DNA from: Gammaproteobacteria bacterium
Lineage (GTDB): Bacteria; Pseudomonadota; Gammaproteobacteria; UBA1113
DNA: 64,000 nt
Assembly: GCA_021773305.1 (NCBI GenBank)
Contig: JAJFKH010000104.1
Location: forward strand, 1,172 to 65,171
Reading direction: 5' to 3'
The notes below the pieces were generated by a model. That model saw only the letters and a list, made by a program, of their open reading frames with translations, did not search any database and was not told the origin of the DNA. Below are positions 9,031 through 20,013 of the stretch, in pieces. Numbering within the stretch: position 1 is the stretch's first letter; every line of letters begins with the position of its first letter. A program made the translations under genes and the position numbers.

Positions 9031-10806
9031 TTACTGAAACGGCCAAACTAAAACAATCAGAGGCAAAGATACGATTAAGATTATAATTTCTAAGGGTAAC
9101 CCCATGGGCCAATAGTCTCCAAAATGGTAACCACCCGGCCCCATGACTAGTGTATTATTTTGATGACCGATAGGGGTTAAAAATGCACAAGACGCGCCCA
9201 CTGCAACGGACATCAAAAAAGGATCGATACTATAACCTAAGCTCTGCGCAATACTAATTGAAATCGGTGCCATAACCACTGTGGTTGCAGCGTTATTCAT
9301 AACATCAGACAATCCCATGGTCACAATCATCAGGATACCTAAAATAAAGATAGGGTGAGTTTGCCCAGCAAAAGCAATGATGTTTTGTGCAATGAGTTGC
9401 GTACCACCTGTTGATGCTAAAGCACCACCCACTGGAATCATAGCACCTAACAACACCACAATTGACCAGTCAATACTACTATAGACTTTTCGGATAGGAA
9501 TAATATTAAAAAGCACCATTAATAAAACAGCCCCAGAAAATGCAATTTGTACGGGCAGTAATTTTGTTATGATAAAAATCAATGAAATAAAAAATATAGC
9601 AATCGGTAAAAACTTCTTCGTTTCTAATCCTAGCCGGATCCCTCGCTCAGCTAAGGGTAAAAAGCCAATATCGGCCACAGTCTCATTTAACGTATCAGCA
9701 TCACCTTGTAACAGTAAAACATCACCTGCCTTGAGCCTGACATTTTTAAGGCGCTGGTTAAAAGGCTCACCTTGACGAGAAATTGCAAGTAAATTAATTT
9801 GATAGCGTGTTCGCAGGCGCATTCGATTGGGGGTTCGCCCCTCTACCTGAGAACCTGGCGTTACAACCACTTCCACTAAACCAATATTTTTTGACTGGAG
9901 CGTTTCAGCAGAAATATCTTTATTGCCAACAAGTTCGAGTTTACAATCATCCACAAGCTTTTCTAAATCATCACTCGCCGCTTCTATAATAAAAATATCA
10001 TTGGCTTTTAATTCCATATGAACTGGTATTTTTAGATGTTTTGTGTGATTGCGGATAATCCCCAAAATAATATATTCCCCCTCCGCAATGCTTTCAATTT
10101 CATGAAACTGTTTACCCACTAAAGGTGATTCTTCTTGGATCCTTACCTCTGTTACATAATCTTGAATATGAAAAACATCTTCCATGGCCTGGGACTTGAG
10201 CCGCCCTTTAGGTATTAACCGCCAGCCTATCAAAATAATAAAAATAATGCCCAACACAGCAACTGACAAACCCACAGGAGCAAAATCAAACATAGAGAAG
10301 GGTTGGCCAAGGACGGCTTGACGATAATTTGCAATTAATATATTGGGCGGCGTCCCAATAAGTGTGGTCATTCCCCCTAAAATAGAACCAAAAGCAATGG
10401 GCATTAACACCAATCCCGGTGGACGCTCATTTTTTGCGGCAGTACGAATAGCAATGGGCATCACCAATGCTAACGCCCCTACATTGTTCATAAAAGCGGA
10501 TAAAAAACCTGCAATAAGTGTTAATACACCGATATGAATCCAAACCTGTGTGGTTACAGGAGCTAAACGCTTCACTAACACATCCACAACACCAGATTGA
10601 GTAATCGCTTGAGTGATCACCATGACCGTTGCGACGGTGATCACCGCAGGATTAGAAAAACCGAGGAATACTTCATGAAAAGGAACAGCACCGCAAGCAA
10701 CCGTCGCCATCAAAGCAAGCAACGCCACCACATCGTATCGCCATCGGCCCCAAATAAATAAAACAAAGGTGGCAACTAATATAAAAAAAACTAAATATTC
10801 TTGCAT
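9031..10806 (-). CDS. SLC13/DASS-family anion permease with two central TrkA-C domains
   Basis: Twelve-plus TM segments flank a soluble region with the TrkA-C fold pattern. 591 aa. Confidence 0.8.
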   Translation of the reverse strand: MQEYLVFFILVATFVLFIWGRWRYDVVALLALMATVACGAVPFHEVFLGFSNPAVITVATVMVITQAITQSGVVDVLVKRLAPVTTQVWIHIGVLTLIAGFLSAFMNNVGALALVMPIAIRTAAKNERPPGLVLMPIAFGSILGGMTTLIGTPPNILIANYRQAVLGQPFSMFDFAPVGLSVAVLGIIFIILIGWRLIPKGRLKSQAMEDVFHIQDYVTEVRIQEESPLVGKQFHEIESIAEGEYIILGIIRNHTKHLKIPVHMELKANDIFIIEAASDDLEKLVDDCKLELVGNKDISAETLQSKNIGLVEVVVTPGSQVEGRTPNRMRLRTRYQINLLAISRQGEPFNQRLKNVRLKAGDVLLLQGDADTLNETVADIGFLPLAERGIRLGLETKKFLPIAIFFISLIFIITKLLPVQIAFSGAVLLMVLFNIIPIRKVYSSIDWSIVVLLGAMIPVGGALASTGGTQLIAQNIIAFAGQTHPIFILGILMIVTMGLSDVMNNAATTVVMAPISISIAQSLGYSIDPFLMSVAVGASCAFLTPIGHQNNTLVMGPGGYHFGDYWPMGLPLEIIILIVSLPLIVLVWPFQ

Positions 10807-11483
10807 TTATAAAATATGAAATCCTTGACTTGGTGTCCCAGGCGCATTCCACGCTGCTCATACTTAGTTTTTGGCCGACACCCTCTTGATAGCTCAGGCA
10901 CCAAAAACAAACCACTTTCAGCAAATACCTTCTCAACATGACCTGCATAGTCTTGCCAATCTGTTGCAAAATGGATATACCCATCATCTTTCAACTTGTT
11001 CGCCAAAAGTATAACAAATTCCAGCTGAATTAAACGACGTTTGTGATGTCTTCTTTTTGGCCAAGGATCAGGAAAATAAATCAGCACACCGTCTAAACTG
11101 CTATCAGGTATCGCCTGGCACAGCACATTCTTCACATCAGCACAAAAAACCTTCAAATTTTGTAAATGCAGTTCATTCGCTTGCTTTAACAATGCACCAA
11201 CACCCGGACGATGCACTTCCACACCAATAAAATTAATATCCGTAAATGTTTTGCACATTTCCAATAGGGATGCCCCCATACCGAAGCCAATTTCCAGCAA
11301 ACAGGAGCCTTGAGACGGAAAAAGTTTTGGTAATGTTAATGGGGACTGTGGAAGATCTAAACCATATCGAGGCCAACAATCAACCAATGCGCGTTCTTGC
11401 GCATCGGTCATACGACCTTCTCGCTTCACAAAGCTACGAATCACTGCCAAAGGTGATTGGCGAATAGGTTTATCGTTTGCCAT
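10791..11483 (-). CDS. trmB: tRNA (guanine46-N7)-methyltransferase TrmB
   Basis: LEIGFGMGASL and FPDPWPKRRHHKRR motifs match E. coli TrmB. Confidence 0.9.
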   Translation of the reverse strand: MANDKPIRQSPLAVIRSFVKREGRMTDAQERALVDCWPRYGLDLPQSPLTLPKLFPSQGSCLLEIGFGMGASLLEMCKTFTDINFIGVEVHRPGVGALLKQANELHLQNLKVFCADVKNVLCQAIPDSSLDGVLIYFPDPWPKRRHHKRRLIQLEFVILLANKLKDDGYIHFATDWQDYAGHVEKVFAESGLFLVPELSRGCRPKTKYEQRGMRLGHQVKDFIFYKCKNI

Positions 11484-13473
11484 GGCAAACTACTTGATAA
11501 ATCCAACAACAAAGTATCACTGTGACAACGCTTCCAAGCATTGCAGTTAATCCTTGATGTTCTGGAGAGACAATTCGTAACAGATTAGGGTTGCCGTAAA
11601 AAGCAAAAGGAATAGCCAAAATAATATTCATCAATGCCGTACCAGAGACAAGCCCACAGGCAATAAGCACTCCATGGTGGCCTCGATAACGAAATTCATT
11701 TTCTGTCATTTGATGGCGCTTCGGTGTGAGATTACGTTTCACCAAATAACAAAGCAATGCCCCAATAAAAAGTGCTGTGGAAGTCGCTAAAGGTAGATAA
11801 ATTCCCATCGCCACCCCCAAAACAGAAATGTTCTTCTTTGTCACACCATTAACAAAAACAACAGCTAAAACCACAATGGCACCCAGACCAATCAAATGCC
11901 AAGGAACAGAAAAATTAAATACAGCCATGGTCACCGTCGCCATCATCGCCGCAGGTGGTGCGGGTAATGCTTTATGGAGATCCATACCTGCATGAGGTAA
12001 AATATCCCCAATACCGTAAACTTGGAACAACAGCTCCATGACCCAGGGGATCACAAAAGCTGAAACAATCACGCCCAACACTAACATCAGCTGTTGCTTC
12101 CACGGCGTTGAACCCACAATATAACCTACTTTTAAGTCTTGTATGTTGTCATTGGCAATGGCTGCGGCACCGGTAATAATCGCACCTAGGAAAATGGTCA
12201 TAGCCGCTGCGGCCTGTTTAACTGAAAGTAAATTTGCAAGATCCGCAACACTTAAAACCATGCGTAAAATAATTGCGGCAAGCAATAATCCTGCAATGAT
12301 AATTGCCGATCCAGGGCTTGCAGTGACACCCACCATCCCTGAAAAATAACCGGTAATAGCAGAAAATACCGCTCCCACAATCACCGCGTACATCACTCCG
12401 GAAAGCAAAATAGCCACATGATATTGCTGACCTAGCTGTAAATTTTCTAAAGGGATAACCTTCATGAAAACACCGTATAAGCCAATACTCAATGTTATGA
12501 TGCCTAAAAAGACATATAAAATAGGCACGTCTCGTTGTGTTCGTGGCAAATGGTCAAAACCATAATGTCCATCGCTACGAAACACTTTCATCGCATCTAC
12601 AATACTATGAGCAAAGGGTTTGAGCAGGGTCAACAAAGTCCAAAGACTTGCAACCAACATAGCGCCAATGCCTACATAACGCACTTTTTCTTGCCAAATC
12701 GTCATCGCAAGATCTGCGGCATGGGCTTGTCCTAAATCCATATTCCAAGCAAACGCCGGAACGCCTAAAAGCCAGCCTAAAATAGCACCAATAAAAATAC
12801 TCGCTCCAATATTGATACCCACAATATAACCAATACCGATCATTGTGGCAGAAAATCCTGTACCAAAACCCACGACCACAGACCCCACTCGCCACCAACC
12901 TTGCACAAATTCAGCTAATAGCTGCAAACCCATTTGCGCAAATTCAATGATCGCACCAATCCCGCCACTCACTAAAATTTCTTTGAGGCCAAAGTGACGC
13001 TCTGATCCTGCAATAAGAACCTCAGCAATCGCACGACCTTCAGGGAAATGTAATTGAGGATCGGTCACTAACACTTTTCTCAAAGGAATCGAAAAAAAGA
13101 CGCCTAACAAGCCGCTGGTTGCAGCAATGGCGACATTCTCCCAGTAGGCAAAATGATGCCAAAACTGGAGCATAATCAATGCTGGTATGGTGTAGACAAT
13201 ACCACCAGCAACGGCTTCTCCAGCAGAGGCTGCAGTTTGTACCAGATTATTTTCTAAAATGTTTGATTGCTTAAAAAAACGCAACACGCTCATGGAAACA
13301 ATGGCAGCTGGGATAGATGCTGAAGCTAAAATTCCCACCTTAAGCGCGAGATAAGCATTGGAAATAGCTAATAAAATCGTCAGAATAATAGATAATCCGA
13401 TGACTTTCGGAGTAATCTCGGGGAGCTGAACCATATCAGCCACGAAGGGCTTATGGGTTTCCATAAGTAGCAA
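11470..13473 (-). CDS. OPT-family oligopeptide transporter
   Basis: 667-aa polytopic membrane protein with an OPT-family N-terminal pattern. Confidence 0.8.
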   Translation of the reverse strand: MLLMETHKPFVADMVQLPEITPKVIGLSIILTILLAISNAYLALKVGILASASIPAAIVSMSVLRFFKQSNILENNLVQTAASAGEAVAGGIVYTIPALIMLQFWHHFAYWENVAIAATSGLLGVFFSIPLRKVLVTDPQLHFPEGRAIAEVLIAGSERHFGLKEILVSGGIGAIIEFAQMGLQLLAEFVQGWWRVGSVVVGFGTGFSATMIGIGYIVGINIGASIFIGAILGWLLGVPAFAWNMDLGQAHAADLAMTIWQEKVRYVGIGAMLVASLWTLLTLLKPFAHSIVDAMKVFRSDGHYGFDHLPRTQRDVPILYVFLGIITLSIGLYGVFMKVIPLENLQLGQQYHVAILLSGVMYAVIVGAVFSAITGYFSGMVGVTASPGSAIIIAGLLLAAIILRMVLSVADLANLLSVKQAAAAMTIFLGAIITGAAAIANDNIQDLKVGYIVGSTPWKQQLMLVLGVIVSAFVIPWVMELLFQVYGIGDILPHAGMDLHKALPAPPAAMMATVTMAVFNFSVPWHLIGLGAIVVLAVVFVNGVTKKNISVLGVAMGIYLPLATSTALFIGALLCYLVKRNLTPKRHQMTENEFRYRGHHGVLIACGLVSGTALMNIILAIPFAFYGNPNLLRIVSPEHQGLTAMLGSVVTVILCCWIYQVVCHGKR

Positions 13474-13561
13474 CCCTTTGTTTTGTAGAGTATTTTAACC
13501 AGATACGAACTGTACTGTATTAGCAAAAAAAAAGCAACTTCTTTTCAAATTGGACTATACT

Positions 13562-13624
13562 ATACCCGTAGTGAATGATTTATCGGTATTTCTAGAAAAC
13601 CGAGAAGTCATTCACTACGGGTAT
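13562..13624. repeat. Perfect 17-bp inverted repeat (atacccgtagtgaatga / tcattcactacgggtat) with 29-nt spacer in the divergent OPT / asmA promoter region
   Basis: Read directly from the sequence. It lies inside the spurious N-terminal extension of the asmA ORF-track call. Confidence 0.6.
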
Positions 13625-13669
13625 GTTTGTAGATCTTACGGTAAAAATCTGCCTCCAAGGCATCCCATT

Positions 13670-15724
13670 ATGAAGCGATTTTTTAAAATTTTACTATTCA
13701 CCCTTTGCGGATTACTGCTATTAACCGTAGCGGGTACTTTTGCGCTGCTCACTCTAGTCAATTCAGATCAGTTCAAAGATCAAATGAGTGCTAAAATCCA
13801 TGATTTGACGAAGAAAGATTTAACCATCCGCGGCGATGTGAGCTGGACATTTTTCCCCCATATTAGTTTGCAATTTGAGGACGCCATCCTTGTGGATCCT
13901 CAAAAAAAACAAGCTAAGCCTTTTGCAACAATAGGTCGCGGGGCAATACAGCTTAAGATCCGCCCTCTTATTCAGGGTGATATTGAAGTGAGCGAGATTA
14001 GCTTAGATAACTCACAATTTAATCTTGTAAAAAATACGAAACATCAAGCGTCCGCACAAAACCTCGAAAAGATAGCATCCCAACACTCATTAGGCAAAAT
14101 TGATGGGAAAATCCATAAGATTATAGTCACTCACTCCCAAGTGAATTTACTCAATGAAAACCACCAACCCCAAACAACATTTGCCATTGATCAGCTGCGC
14201 ACAAGCCAAATAAATATTGCGGATATGTCTTTTAAACTAAATAGCCAATTCAGCATCACTCATGCTGACTCAAGCATGTCTGCTAAAGTGAATATTAAAA
14301 CGCAAGTTGATATCAAGCCAAAAACTCAATATGTCATGTTTAATAAACTACGATTGCAAGGACAATTAAGCTATCCAGGGCTGGGCAGCAACATGATGGG
14401 ACTTCTCATCCAAGGTAAGCTCACCTATGACCATCTTACGCAAACCTTCACGGCCAACCTATTGCAAGGTGAAATCAACAATATGTCATTCCAGGGTGAT
14501 ATGATCGTCAAAAAATTTAATGAAGCAAGTGGTCATTTTACGGTTGCAGAATTTAATCTAGTAAATTTCCTTAACTCCATTGATCAACGCACATGGGGAA
14601 AAGAAAATTTACCCTTTGAAAAAGTCTCCGGTGCATTTGATTTTATTGGGACAAAAAATTCATTATCACTTAAACAAGTGATAGGGACGATTGGAAACAG
14701 TCAACTAAAAGGAGAGATATCGTTTCTCAAACTCTCTCCCATCAAGACAACATTTCAATTAAATATTGATAGCTTAAACTTGAATAAATTTTCTGGCTTT
14801 TCACCTTTGAAAACACAGAACACCACTGCCAGTACAATACAAGCTAAAAACAAATTGCAACAAAAAAATACTCATTCGTTTATTACAGAAGGAAAACTTA
14901 GCGTTGGAAAACTTAGTTTTTCATCTATGCAAGCAACAAACGTCAATGCTAATATCCGTGCAGCAAAAGGCATTGTCACCATAAGTCCCATGACCGCAAA
15001 TTTTTATCAAGGCAATTACCAAGGAACTATTGAAGCTGACTTGCGAAAAGAAACCCCCCTGATTAAAGCAACAAAAAAAATAACGCAAATGAATCTTGGC
15101 GAATTCCTAAAGGATACCACAGGCCGTCGCCAAGTAACCGGAACAGCCCAGATTAAAAGCCAAGGTACTATTCAAGGAACTTCAGTTAAACAAATGTTAT
15201 CTAGCGCCAATGGCAGTGCTAGTATTTCTGTGGAAAATGGTACTATTCCCAGTGTTGATGCTATTAACTTAGTGAGTACCGCCTACGCAACATACAAGCA
15301 TCGAAAACCCACAAGACAAGGAAACGCCCCAACAACCTTTTCTAATCTCTCGGCAAATTTTACCATCAAAAAAGGCATTGCCCAAAACAATAATTTTTTA
15401 ATAAAATCCCCTCTACTGACCGCCACAGGAAAAGGGAAAGTTAACCTGGCAAGTCAAAAAGTTAATTATAAAATAGAAGTCAGCCTCTTTGACAGTCTTG
15501 TTCCACAATTGATGGGTTTTCAAAATAAAGCGGGAGGCACCATACCGTTCAAAGTCACAGGCACATTATCTAAACTCAATTTTGAACCGGATTTACCTAT
15601 TATGCTCAGACGAATAACCGAGCAACGTCTTGGAAAAGAGCTAGGAAATGTGCACAAGCAATTAAAAAAATCCGGTGGTGATATTGGCGATATTGGTGAT
15701 CAATTAAAATCATTATTTGACTGA
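13670..15724 (+). CDS. asmA: AsmA-family outer-membrane biogenesis protein
   Basis: N-terminal membrane anchor [18 protein letters not shown] followed by a long beta-rich AsmA-like body. The start is taken at the ATG at 13670 rather than 13550. Confidence 0.8.
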   Translation: MKRFFKILLFTLCGLLLLTVAGTFALLTLVNSDQFKDQMSAKIHDLTKKDLTIRGDVSWTFFPHISLQFEDAILVDPQKKQAKPFATIGRGAIQLKIRPLIQGDIEVSEISLDNSQFNLVKNTKHQASAQNLEKIASQHSLGKIDGKIHKIIVTHSQVNLLNENHQPQTTFAIDQLRTSQINIADMSFKLNSQFSITHADSSMSAKVNIKTQVDIKPKTQYVMFNKLRLQGQLSYPGLGSNMMGLLIQGKLTYDHLTQTFTANLLQGEINNMSFQGDMIVKKFNEASGHFTVAEFNLVNFLNSIDQRTWGKENLPFEKVSGAFDFIGTKNSLSLKQVIGTIGNSQLKGEISFLKLSPIKTTFQLNIDSLNLNKFSGFSPLKTQNTTASTIQAKNKLQQKNTHSFITEGKLSVGKLSFSSMQATNVNANIRAAKGIVTISPMTANFYQGNYQGTIEADLRKETPLIKATKKITQMNLGEFLKDTTGRRQVTGTAQIKSQGTIQGTSVKQMLSSANGSASISVENGTIPSVDAINLVSTAYATYKHRKPTRQGNAPTTFSNLSANFTIKKGIAQNNNFLIKSPLLTATGKGKVNLASQKVNYKIEVSLFDSLVPQLMGFQNKAGGTIPFKVTGTLSKLNFEPDLPIMLRRITEQRLGKELGNVHKQLKKSGGDIGDIGDQLKSLFD

Positions 15725-15961
15725 TTCATCACCCTCACCAAATAGAAATTTATCCATTTCTTCTCGAAGGAATTGCTGTGCTTTTTCATCCATCAAATTC
15801 AGACGATATTCGTTGATTAACATAGTCTGATGGTTGATCCACATATCCCATGCTTTTTTAGAAATATTCGCAAAAATTTTTTGACCAAGCTCTCCTGGTA
15901 GAGGTGGGAAATCCAAACCCTCTTCCTCAAGATCCAACTTAGCGCACTTTACGGTTCTCAT
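15713..15961 (-). CDS. yggX: Fe(II)-trafficking / oxidative-damage protection protein YggX
   Basis: Strong match to E. coli YggX ([28 protein letters not shown]). The conserved mutY-yggX pair supports it. The start is taken at the internal Met MRTVKC. Confidence 0.8.
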   Translation of the reverse strand: MRTVKCAKLDLEEEGLDFPPLPGELGQKIFANISKKAWDMWINHQTMLINEYRLNLMDEKAQQFLREEMDKFLFGEGDESVK

Positions 15962-15962
15962 T

Positions 15963-17027
15963 TTATCCATCCTCAAATTTTTTCGACAACTGCCCAAGCA
16001 ATTTTTTCATAGGTGCTGGAACACCTAATCCGTTCGCTTGCTCGATAGCATACCAGCTTAAACGCGCATGATCTAAAACCCGATGAGAAGATATTGTGAT
16101 TTTTGCCAATACCGGCTGGATCATTAACTGAAAATGACTGAATGTATGGCGAAAGCTCTTCAGACTTTCAACCTGTGAAAGCTCTGCGCAATATGTCGCC
16201 TTACAATATTCGCTCACATCCTCTTCTATGGTACATTCTGGTACATTCCATAACCCGCCCCAAATCCCAGTTGGAGGCCGCTTTTCGAGAAGCAATTGAT
16301 TTTTTTCGTTGATTAACAGTAAAAACTGGACACTTCGCTGAGGCAATTCCTTACGCACCTTAGGGGTTGGTAATTGTGACAAAAGATTTTTTTGTAAACC
16401 TTGACAACCCTGCTGTAAAGGACACTCGGTGCAGGCGGGTGAAGCCCCGCGAGTACAAACTAAAGCCCCCAGATCCATCAAACCCTGGGTATATTCCCGA
16501 GCCTGTCCATCCGGCAGTAAGTGTTCCGCTAACTGCCATAACTCCTTTGCCACATCCGTTTTACCAGGCCAACCTTCTATTGCAAAAAACCGACATAATA
16601 CACGCTTCACATTACCATCTAAGATGGCAGCCGGTTGATTGAAGGCAAGTGAGAGAATAGCACCTGCTGTAGAACGTCCAATGCCAGGTAGCTCTTGTAA
16701 GGACTGGCTATTCTTTGGAAAGCGCCCCCGATGAAAGCTGACAATGGATTTAGCACATTTGTGCAAATTTCTTGCCCTAGCATAATAGCCAAGTCCAGAC
16801 CATAAACTCAGTACATCATCTTCACGGGCGGCAGCGAGAGATTTAATCGTCGGAAAATGCTTAATAAACGTCTGGAAATAAGGAATAACTGTTGCAACTT
16901 GAGTTTGTTGTAACATAATTTCTGACAACCAAACACGGTAGGCACTACGCTGTTTCTGCCAAGGCAATGACTTACGCCCCCAGGCTAGATACCACTCAAT
17001 GACGCTCTTCGAGAAATCAAGCGGCAA
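15963..17027 (-). CDS. mutY: Adenine DNA glycosylase MutY
   Basis: HhH-GPD motifs, a 4Fe-4S Cys cluster ([13 protein letters not shown]) and a C-terminal NUDIX-like domain. Confidence 0.9.
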   Translation of the reverse strand: MPLDFSKSVIEWYLAWGRKSLPWQKQRSAYRVWLSEIMLQQTQVATVIPYFQTFIKHFPTIKSLAAAREDDVLSLWSGLGYYARARNLHKCAKSIVSFHRGRFPKNSQSLQELPGIGRSTAGAILSLAFNQPAAILDGNVKRVLCRFFAIEGWPGKTDVAKELWQLAEHLLPDGQAREYTQGLMDLGALVCTRGASPACTECPLQQGCQGLQKNLLSQLPTPKVRKELPQRSVQFLLLINEKNQLLLEKRPPTGIWGGLWNVPECTIEEDVSEYCKATYCAELSQVESLKSFRHTFSHFQLMIQPVLAKITISSHRVLDHARLSWYAIEQANGLGVPAPMKKLLGQLSKKFEDG

Positions 17028-17066
17028 AATTCTAGACAGAAACAGCTCCTTAAACCAAAGGTATAC

Positions 17067-18449
17067 TTACTTAAATGCCTTACCCTCGAATTGCTTAATC
17101 TTCCCACTCTTATCCGATACCACGCATGCACTGAGGAACTCTTCCGCAGGGGATCCATTAACAGGTTTTATATGATTAAGGAATTTTTGACACGCCTTCA
17201 TCGCCTTACCCATTTTATCTTTAAAGAATGAACTCAAAGCACTACCAAAATTTTCCTTCGTCAGTTTATCCTGTATGACGTACAGAAAGGCATCACGCAC
17301 GTTACAGCTCTCAGAATTTTGATCGTTATTTGCTACATACGCAATTTTTCCATAAACATCAGACTTATGAAAATTGTTGAACTCTTCTGAAAGCCCCTTA
17401 ATTACTTCTTTTTTGGAATCTTGGGTATGTATTTTAAACATTGTAAGACCGGTACTTCTCTTATCTACCGTTCGCTTGTAAGGTTCAAAAATCTCACTCA
17501 GATGATTCCCAACGTAAGAATAAATAAAATTAATACAACCGGCTTTCAACTGCTCCTCTTCAGTAACATTACTGTTTGGAAGAATGCCCGCGCTTATTTT
17601 TGCAGAATCTAACAAATTGCTTAATTCATTGTGATCAACAATATTGAGGTTTTTGAGGTTTAGCACATCTATTTCATCATCATCGTTATCTGGAGCCTCT
17701 TCCTGTGGCGCAGGTGGAGCAACAAGAGACAGTAGAGCAGCTTTTAGCTTGCTGTTTTTCCCGAGGAATGATGGAGAAAAATATTTCTCACCTCGAGAGC
17801 CTCCTTCGGTAATGTTCTGAATCCTCTCTTTGAATTCTTCAAATCGAACCGTATCCCCTCTCCCATCATGATCCCCTTTATTTTCCAAAAAGAATTGTAA
17901 GCATTCATGAGCAACAGCTCTCGCTTCTTTTTGCCAACTCCGTCCCCACAACGCTGAGGGAGAATAGGCTTCGGCATCCGCGTTATAAGTCCTCAATAAT
18001 GCGAAATTTCTCTGATTATCTTTACCCAGATAGGCGATACTCAGTGCTAACAACTGGGTTACTAGGGTTAATTGCTCCGAAGTAAGACAGGAAGCGTGGT
18101 CAAGCATCTGGGTATGCCATCTACCATCTTGTTGATTAACTTCACCAAATCCAGCAAATTCATCCTGGCTACTATCTTCATCCTGGCTACTATCTTCATC
18201 CCGGCTACTATCTTCGTTTACGTTATCTGGTGAAGCTAGTGGAATCTCGCTGCTTTGCCCAAAATTAGCAAAGCCGCCTTGTGGAATGTTATTTTGGGCA
18301 TCTGAGGCATCATCTAGCTCAAAGGCAAAGGCAAAGCCATCTGTTGGGCCATCAAGGATGTCATCTTGTTGGTCACCCTTTAGTTCAGGCTCTTCTTGTA
18401 GAATGTTGTCTTGCGGATTTTCTATTGGCATTTTATCCCCCTTATGCAC
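17067..18449 (-). CDS. Hypothetical acidic protein (460 aa) with an in-frame 18-bp x3 tandem repeat encoding DSSQDE repeats; candidate secreted effector
   Basis: ORF with an N-terminal acidic, low-complexity region. DNA repeat at 18160-18213. No recognisable domain. Confidence 0.5.
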   Translation of the reverse strand: MHKGDKMPIENPQDNILQEEPELKGDQQDDILDGPTDGFAFAFELDDASDAQNNIPQGGFANFGQSSEIPLASPDNVNEDSSRDEDSSQDEDSSQDEFAGFGEVNQQDGRWHTQMLDHASCLTSEQLTLVTQLLALSIAYLGKDNQRNFALLRTYNADAEAYSPSALWGRSWQKEARAVAHECLQFFLENKGDHDGRGDTVRFEEFKERIQNITEGGSRGEKYFSPSFLGKNSKLKAALLSLVAPPAPQEEAPDNDDDEIDVLNLKNLNIVDHNELSNLLDSAKISAGILPNSNVTEEEQLKAGCINFIYSYVGNHLSEIFEPYKRTVDKRSTGLTMFKIHTQDSKKEVIKGLSEEFNNFHKSDVYGKIAYVANNDQNSESCNVRDAFLYVIQDKLTKENFGSALSSFFKDKMGKAMKACQKFLNHIKPVNGSPAEEFLSACVVSDKSGKIKQFEGKAFK

Positions 18450-18654
18450 GATAAAAATTGTTATTCTTTCGTTGGGTTAGAATTGGAAGTTCAGATTCTA
18501 CAATAGTTTATACCTCTTTGTCTACTTTTCCGGCATATCTCTTTCCGACATTATGGTAATCCTTCACTCATTTCATTGGATAGTTACGAATTTCGGTAAA
18601 TTAACATTGATTTACCTCTAAGAACGCTCTAGAATTCCTTCTGATCCTAAGAAA

Positions 18655-18731
18655 TGGCCAGATAGCTCAGTCGGTAGAGCAGTGGACTGAAAATCCTCGT
18701 GTCGGTGGTTCGATTCCACCTCTGGCCACCA
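18655..18731 (+). tRNA. tRNA-Phe (GAA)
   Basis: Cloverleaf with a GGCCAGA/TCTGGCC acceptor stem, anticodon loop CTGAAAA, T-loop GGTTCGATTCC and a 3' CCA. Near identity to canonical bacterial tRNA-Phe. Confidence 0.95.
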
Positions 18732-18745
18732 TTAACCTGTACGTT

Positions 18746-19072
18746 TTGGAGGACAAAATGGCCGCAACCGTTGACGAACTCACTATCCAGTACGAAGAAG
18801 ACGGTACTGTGACCGTCAAAGAATTAGACAAAATTGTTCTCACTAAGGGCGCATGGTCAACGATCATCTACAAATACCAAGATTTGAACCGGAAAACCAG
18901 CGAGTATGGCCCAAATAAATACAGCATTCGTCGCTACCAAAAGCGAAATAACGAGTACTTCCAAAAATCCAAATTTAATATTTCAAGCAACGATCAAGCC
19001 AATAAAATTATCGATGCGCTGACCCAATGGGTAAATGAAGCCGACGCAGCTCCAGAAAAAAGCGACGATTAA
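18746..19072 (+). CDS. Hypothetical protein (108 aa)
   Basis: ORF immediately 3' of tRNA-Phe. No family recognised. Confidence 0.4.
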   Translation: MEDKMAATVDELTIQYEEDGTVTVKELDKIVLTKGAWSTIIYKYQDLNRKTSEYGPNKYSIRRYQKRNNEYFQKSKFNISSNDQANKIIDALTQWVNEADAAPEKSDD

Positions 19073-19087
19073 CCGCAGGATCTGGGT

Positions 19088-19411
19088 TTAATAAATTGCC
19101 TCTGACGCCTGCGCTTCAGCCTTTTTTCCGTGATTATCTTGAATCTCTCCCTCTCCCAGCTGATTTTGGGATTCCGGCTTATTAGTAAAATAGTTTTTAT
19201 CTACATTTTTCAGAAACTTAGCCACAGCAACCATTAGGCAAAGACTGCCTAACATGATAAACGAAAGGCTGAGTAGAGCAGATCGCACCGGATCAAACAT
19301 TAAATCAAATACTGTTACGCCTACACCAAAAATAATGGCTCCACACCCTACAATTCCAAAAAACCATTCGCCTGTATCTTGGCTCTTTTTACCACTGCTC
19401 ATGCTAAACAC
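19088..19411 (-). CDS. Small hypothetical membrane protein (107 aa, two TM helices) encoded directly downstream of the PAAR-like gene
   Basis: Two hydrophobic helices (FFGIVGCGAIIFGVGVTVF and LLSLSFIMLGSLCLMVAVA). Confidence 0.45.
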   Translation of the reverse strand: MFSMSSGKKSQDTGEWFFGIVGCGAIIFGVGVTVFDLMFDPVRSALLSLSFIMLGSLCLMVAVAKFLKNVDKNYFTNKPESQNQLGEGEIQDNHGKKAEAQASEAIY

Positions 19412-19457
19412 CTTATAAAATCCATCCGTACTTATTCTATAGGAGCCGCGGCACGGG

Positions 19458-19934
19458 TCAAGCTTTCAGCTCCCATTCCATAAGAAAATCTAGAGAGCTA
19501 TCTTCGAGGATGGCTTCTGCATCAACATTTTGTACGGCTGCGCCTATGCCTTGCTCTTGCATTAATGCCTCCGGGAGGGTATTGCGATAATTAGAAACCA
19601 TCAAATCCCCAGCACGCACCGCAGGACAACCTTCAATAGAAACATTCGGAGAATGGGTTATAAATTCAGCAATTCCTCCTACTGTAAGCGAAAAAATGCC
19701 TCCGTATTGACCCGCTTCATCTCCAGAACTTTTAGCGAAATAGGAACGGCTATGACTCATATTTTGCCCACTAACAAAAACTCTACTCGCCGTATTTTTC
19801 ACATCACGGCTAAAGGCTTTGTTAGGGTAAGCAACGGGGATCCGTTCGTCTCCGGTCATATTGACGCTGATGGTATTTAACACACCGCCGCTTCGAGCAT
19901 GCACCGCAGATTTTCCATTTATGAAAACAGGCAT
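19458..19934 (-). CDS. DUF4150 (Tox-PAAR-like) domain protein
   Basis: MP-VFINGKS-VH N-terminus, IPVAYPN, SGQNMSHSRSYFAKSSGDEAG and SPNVSIEG match the conserved blocks of the PAAR-like DUF4150 family as I remember them. Confidence 0.65.
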   Translation of the reverse strand: MPVFINGKSAVHARSGGVLNTISVNMTGDERIPVAYPNKAFSRDVKNTASRVFVSGQNMSHSRSYFAKSSGDEAGQYGGIFSLTVGGIAEFITHSPNVSIEGCPAVRAGDLMVSNYRNTLPEALMQEQGIGAAVQNVDAEAILEDSSLDFLMEWELKA

Positions 19935-20013
19935 TTAATTATTATAATTTAATTTATATAAATAGCAAATTCTATTGACTAATACCTCAGTGAAAAACCA
20001 TACGATTTCTAGG

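Noticed and set aside
13550..13669. N-terminal 40-codon extension of asmA in the ORF track
   Set aside because: The extension runs through the 17-bp inverted repeat. The internal Met at 13670 is followed by a canonical membrane anchor, so it is the more plausible start.
18450..19072. Integrase or duplicated tRNA-Phe 3' end marking a genomic island at the tRNA
   Set aside because: No integrase ORF and no recognisable direct repeat of the tRNA 3' end were found. The accessory content there is only about 1.3 kb.
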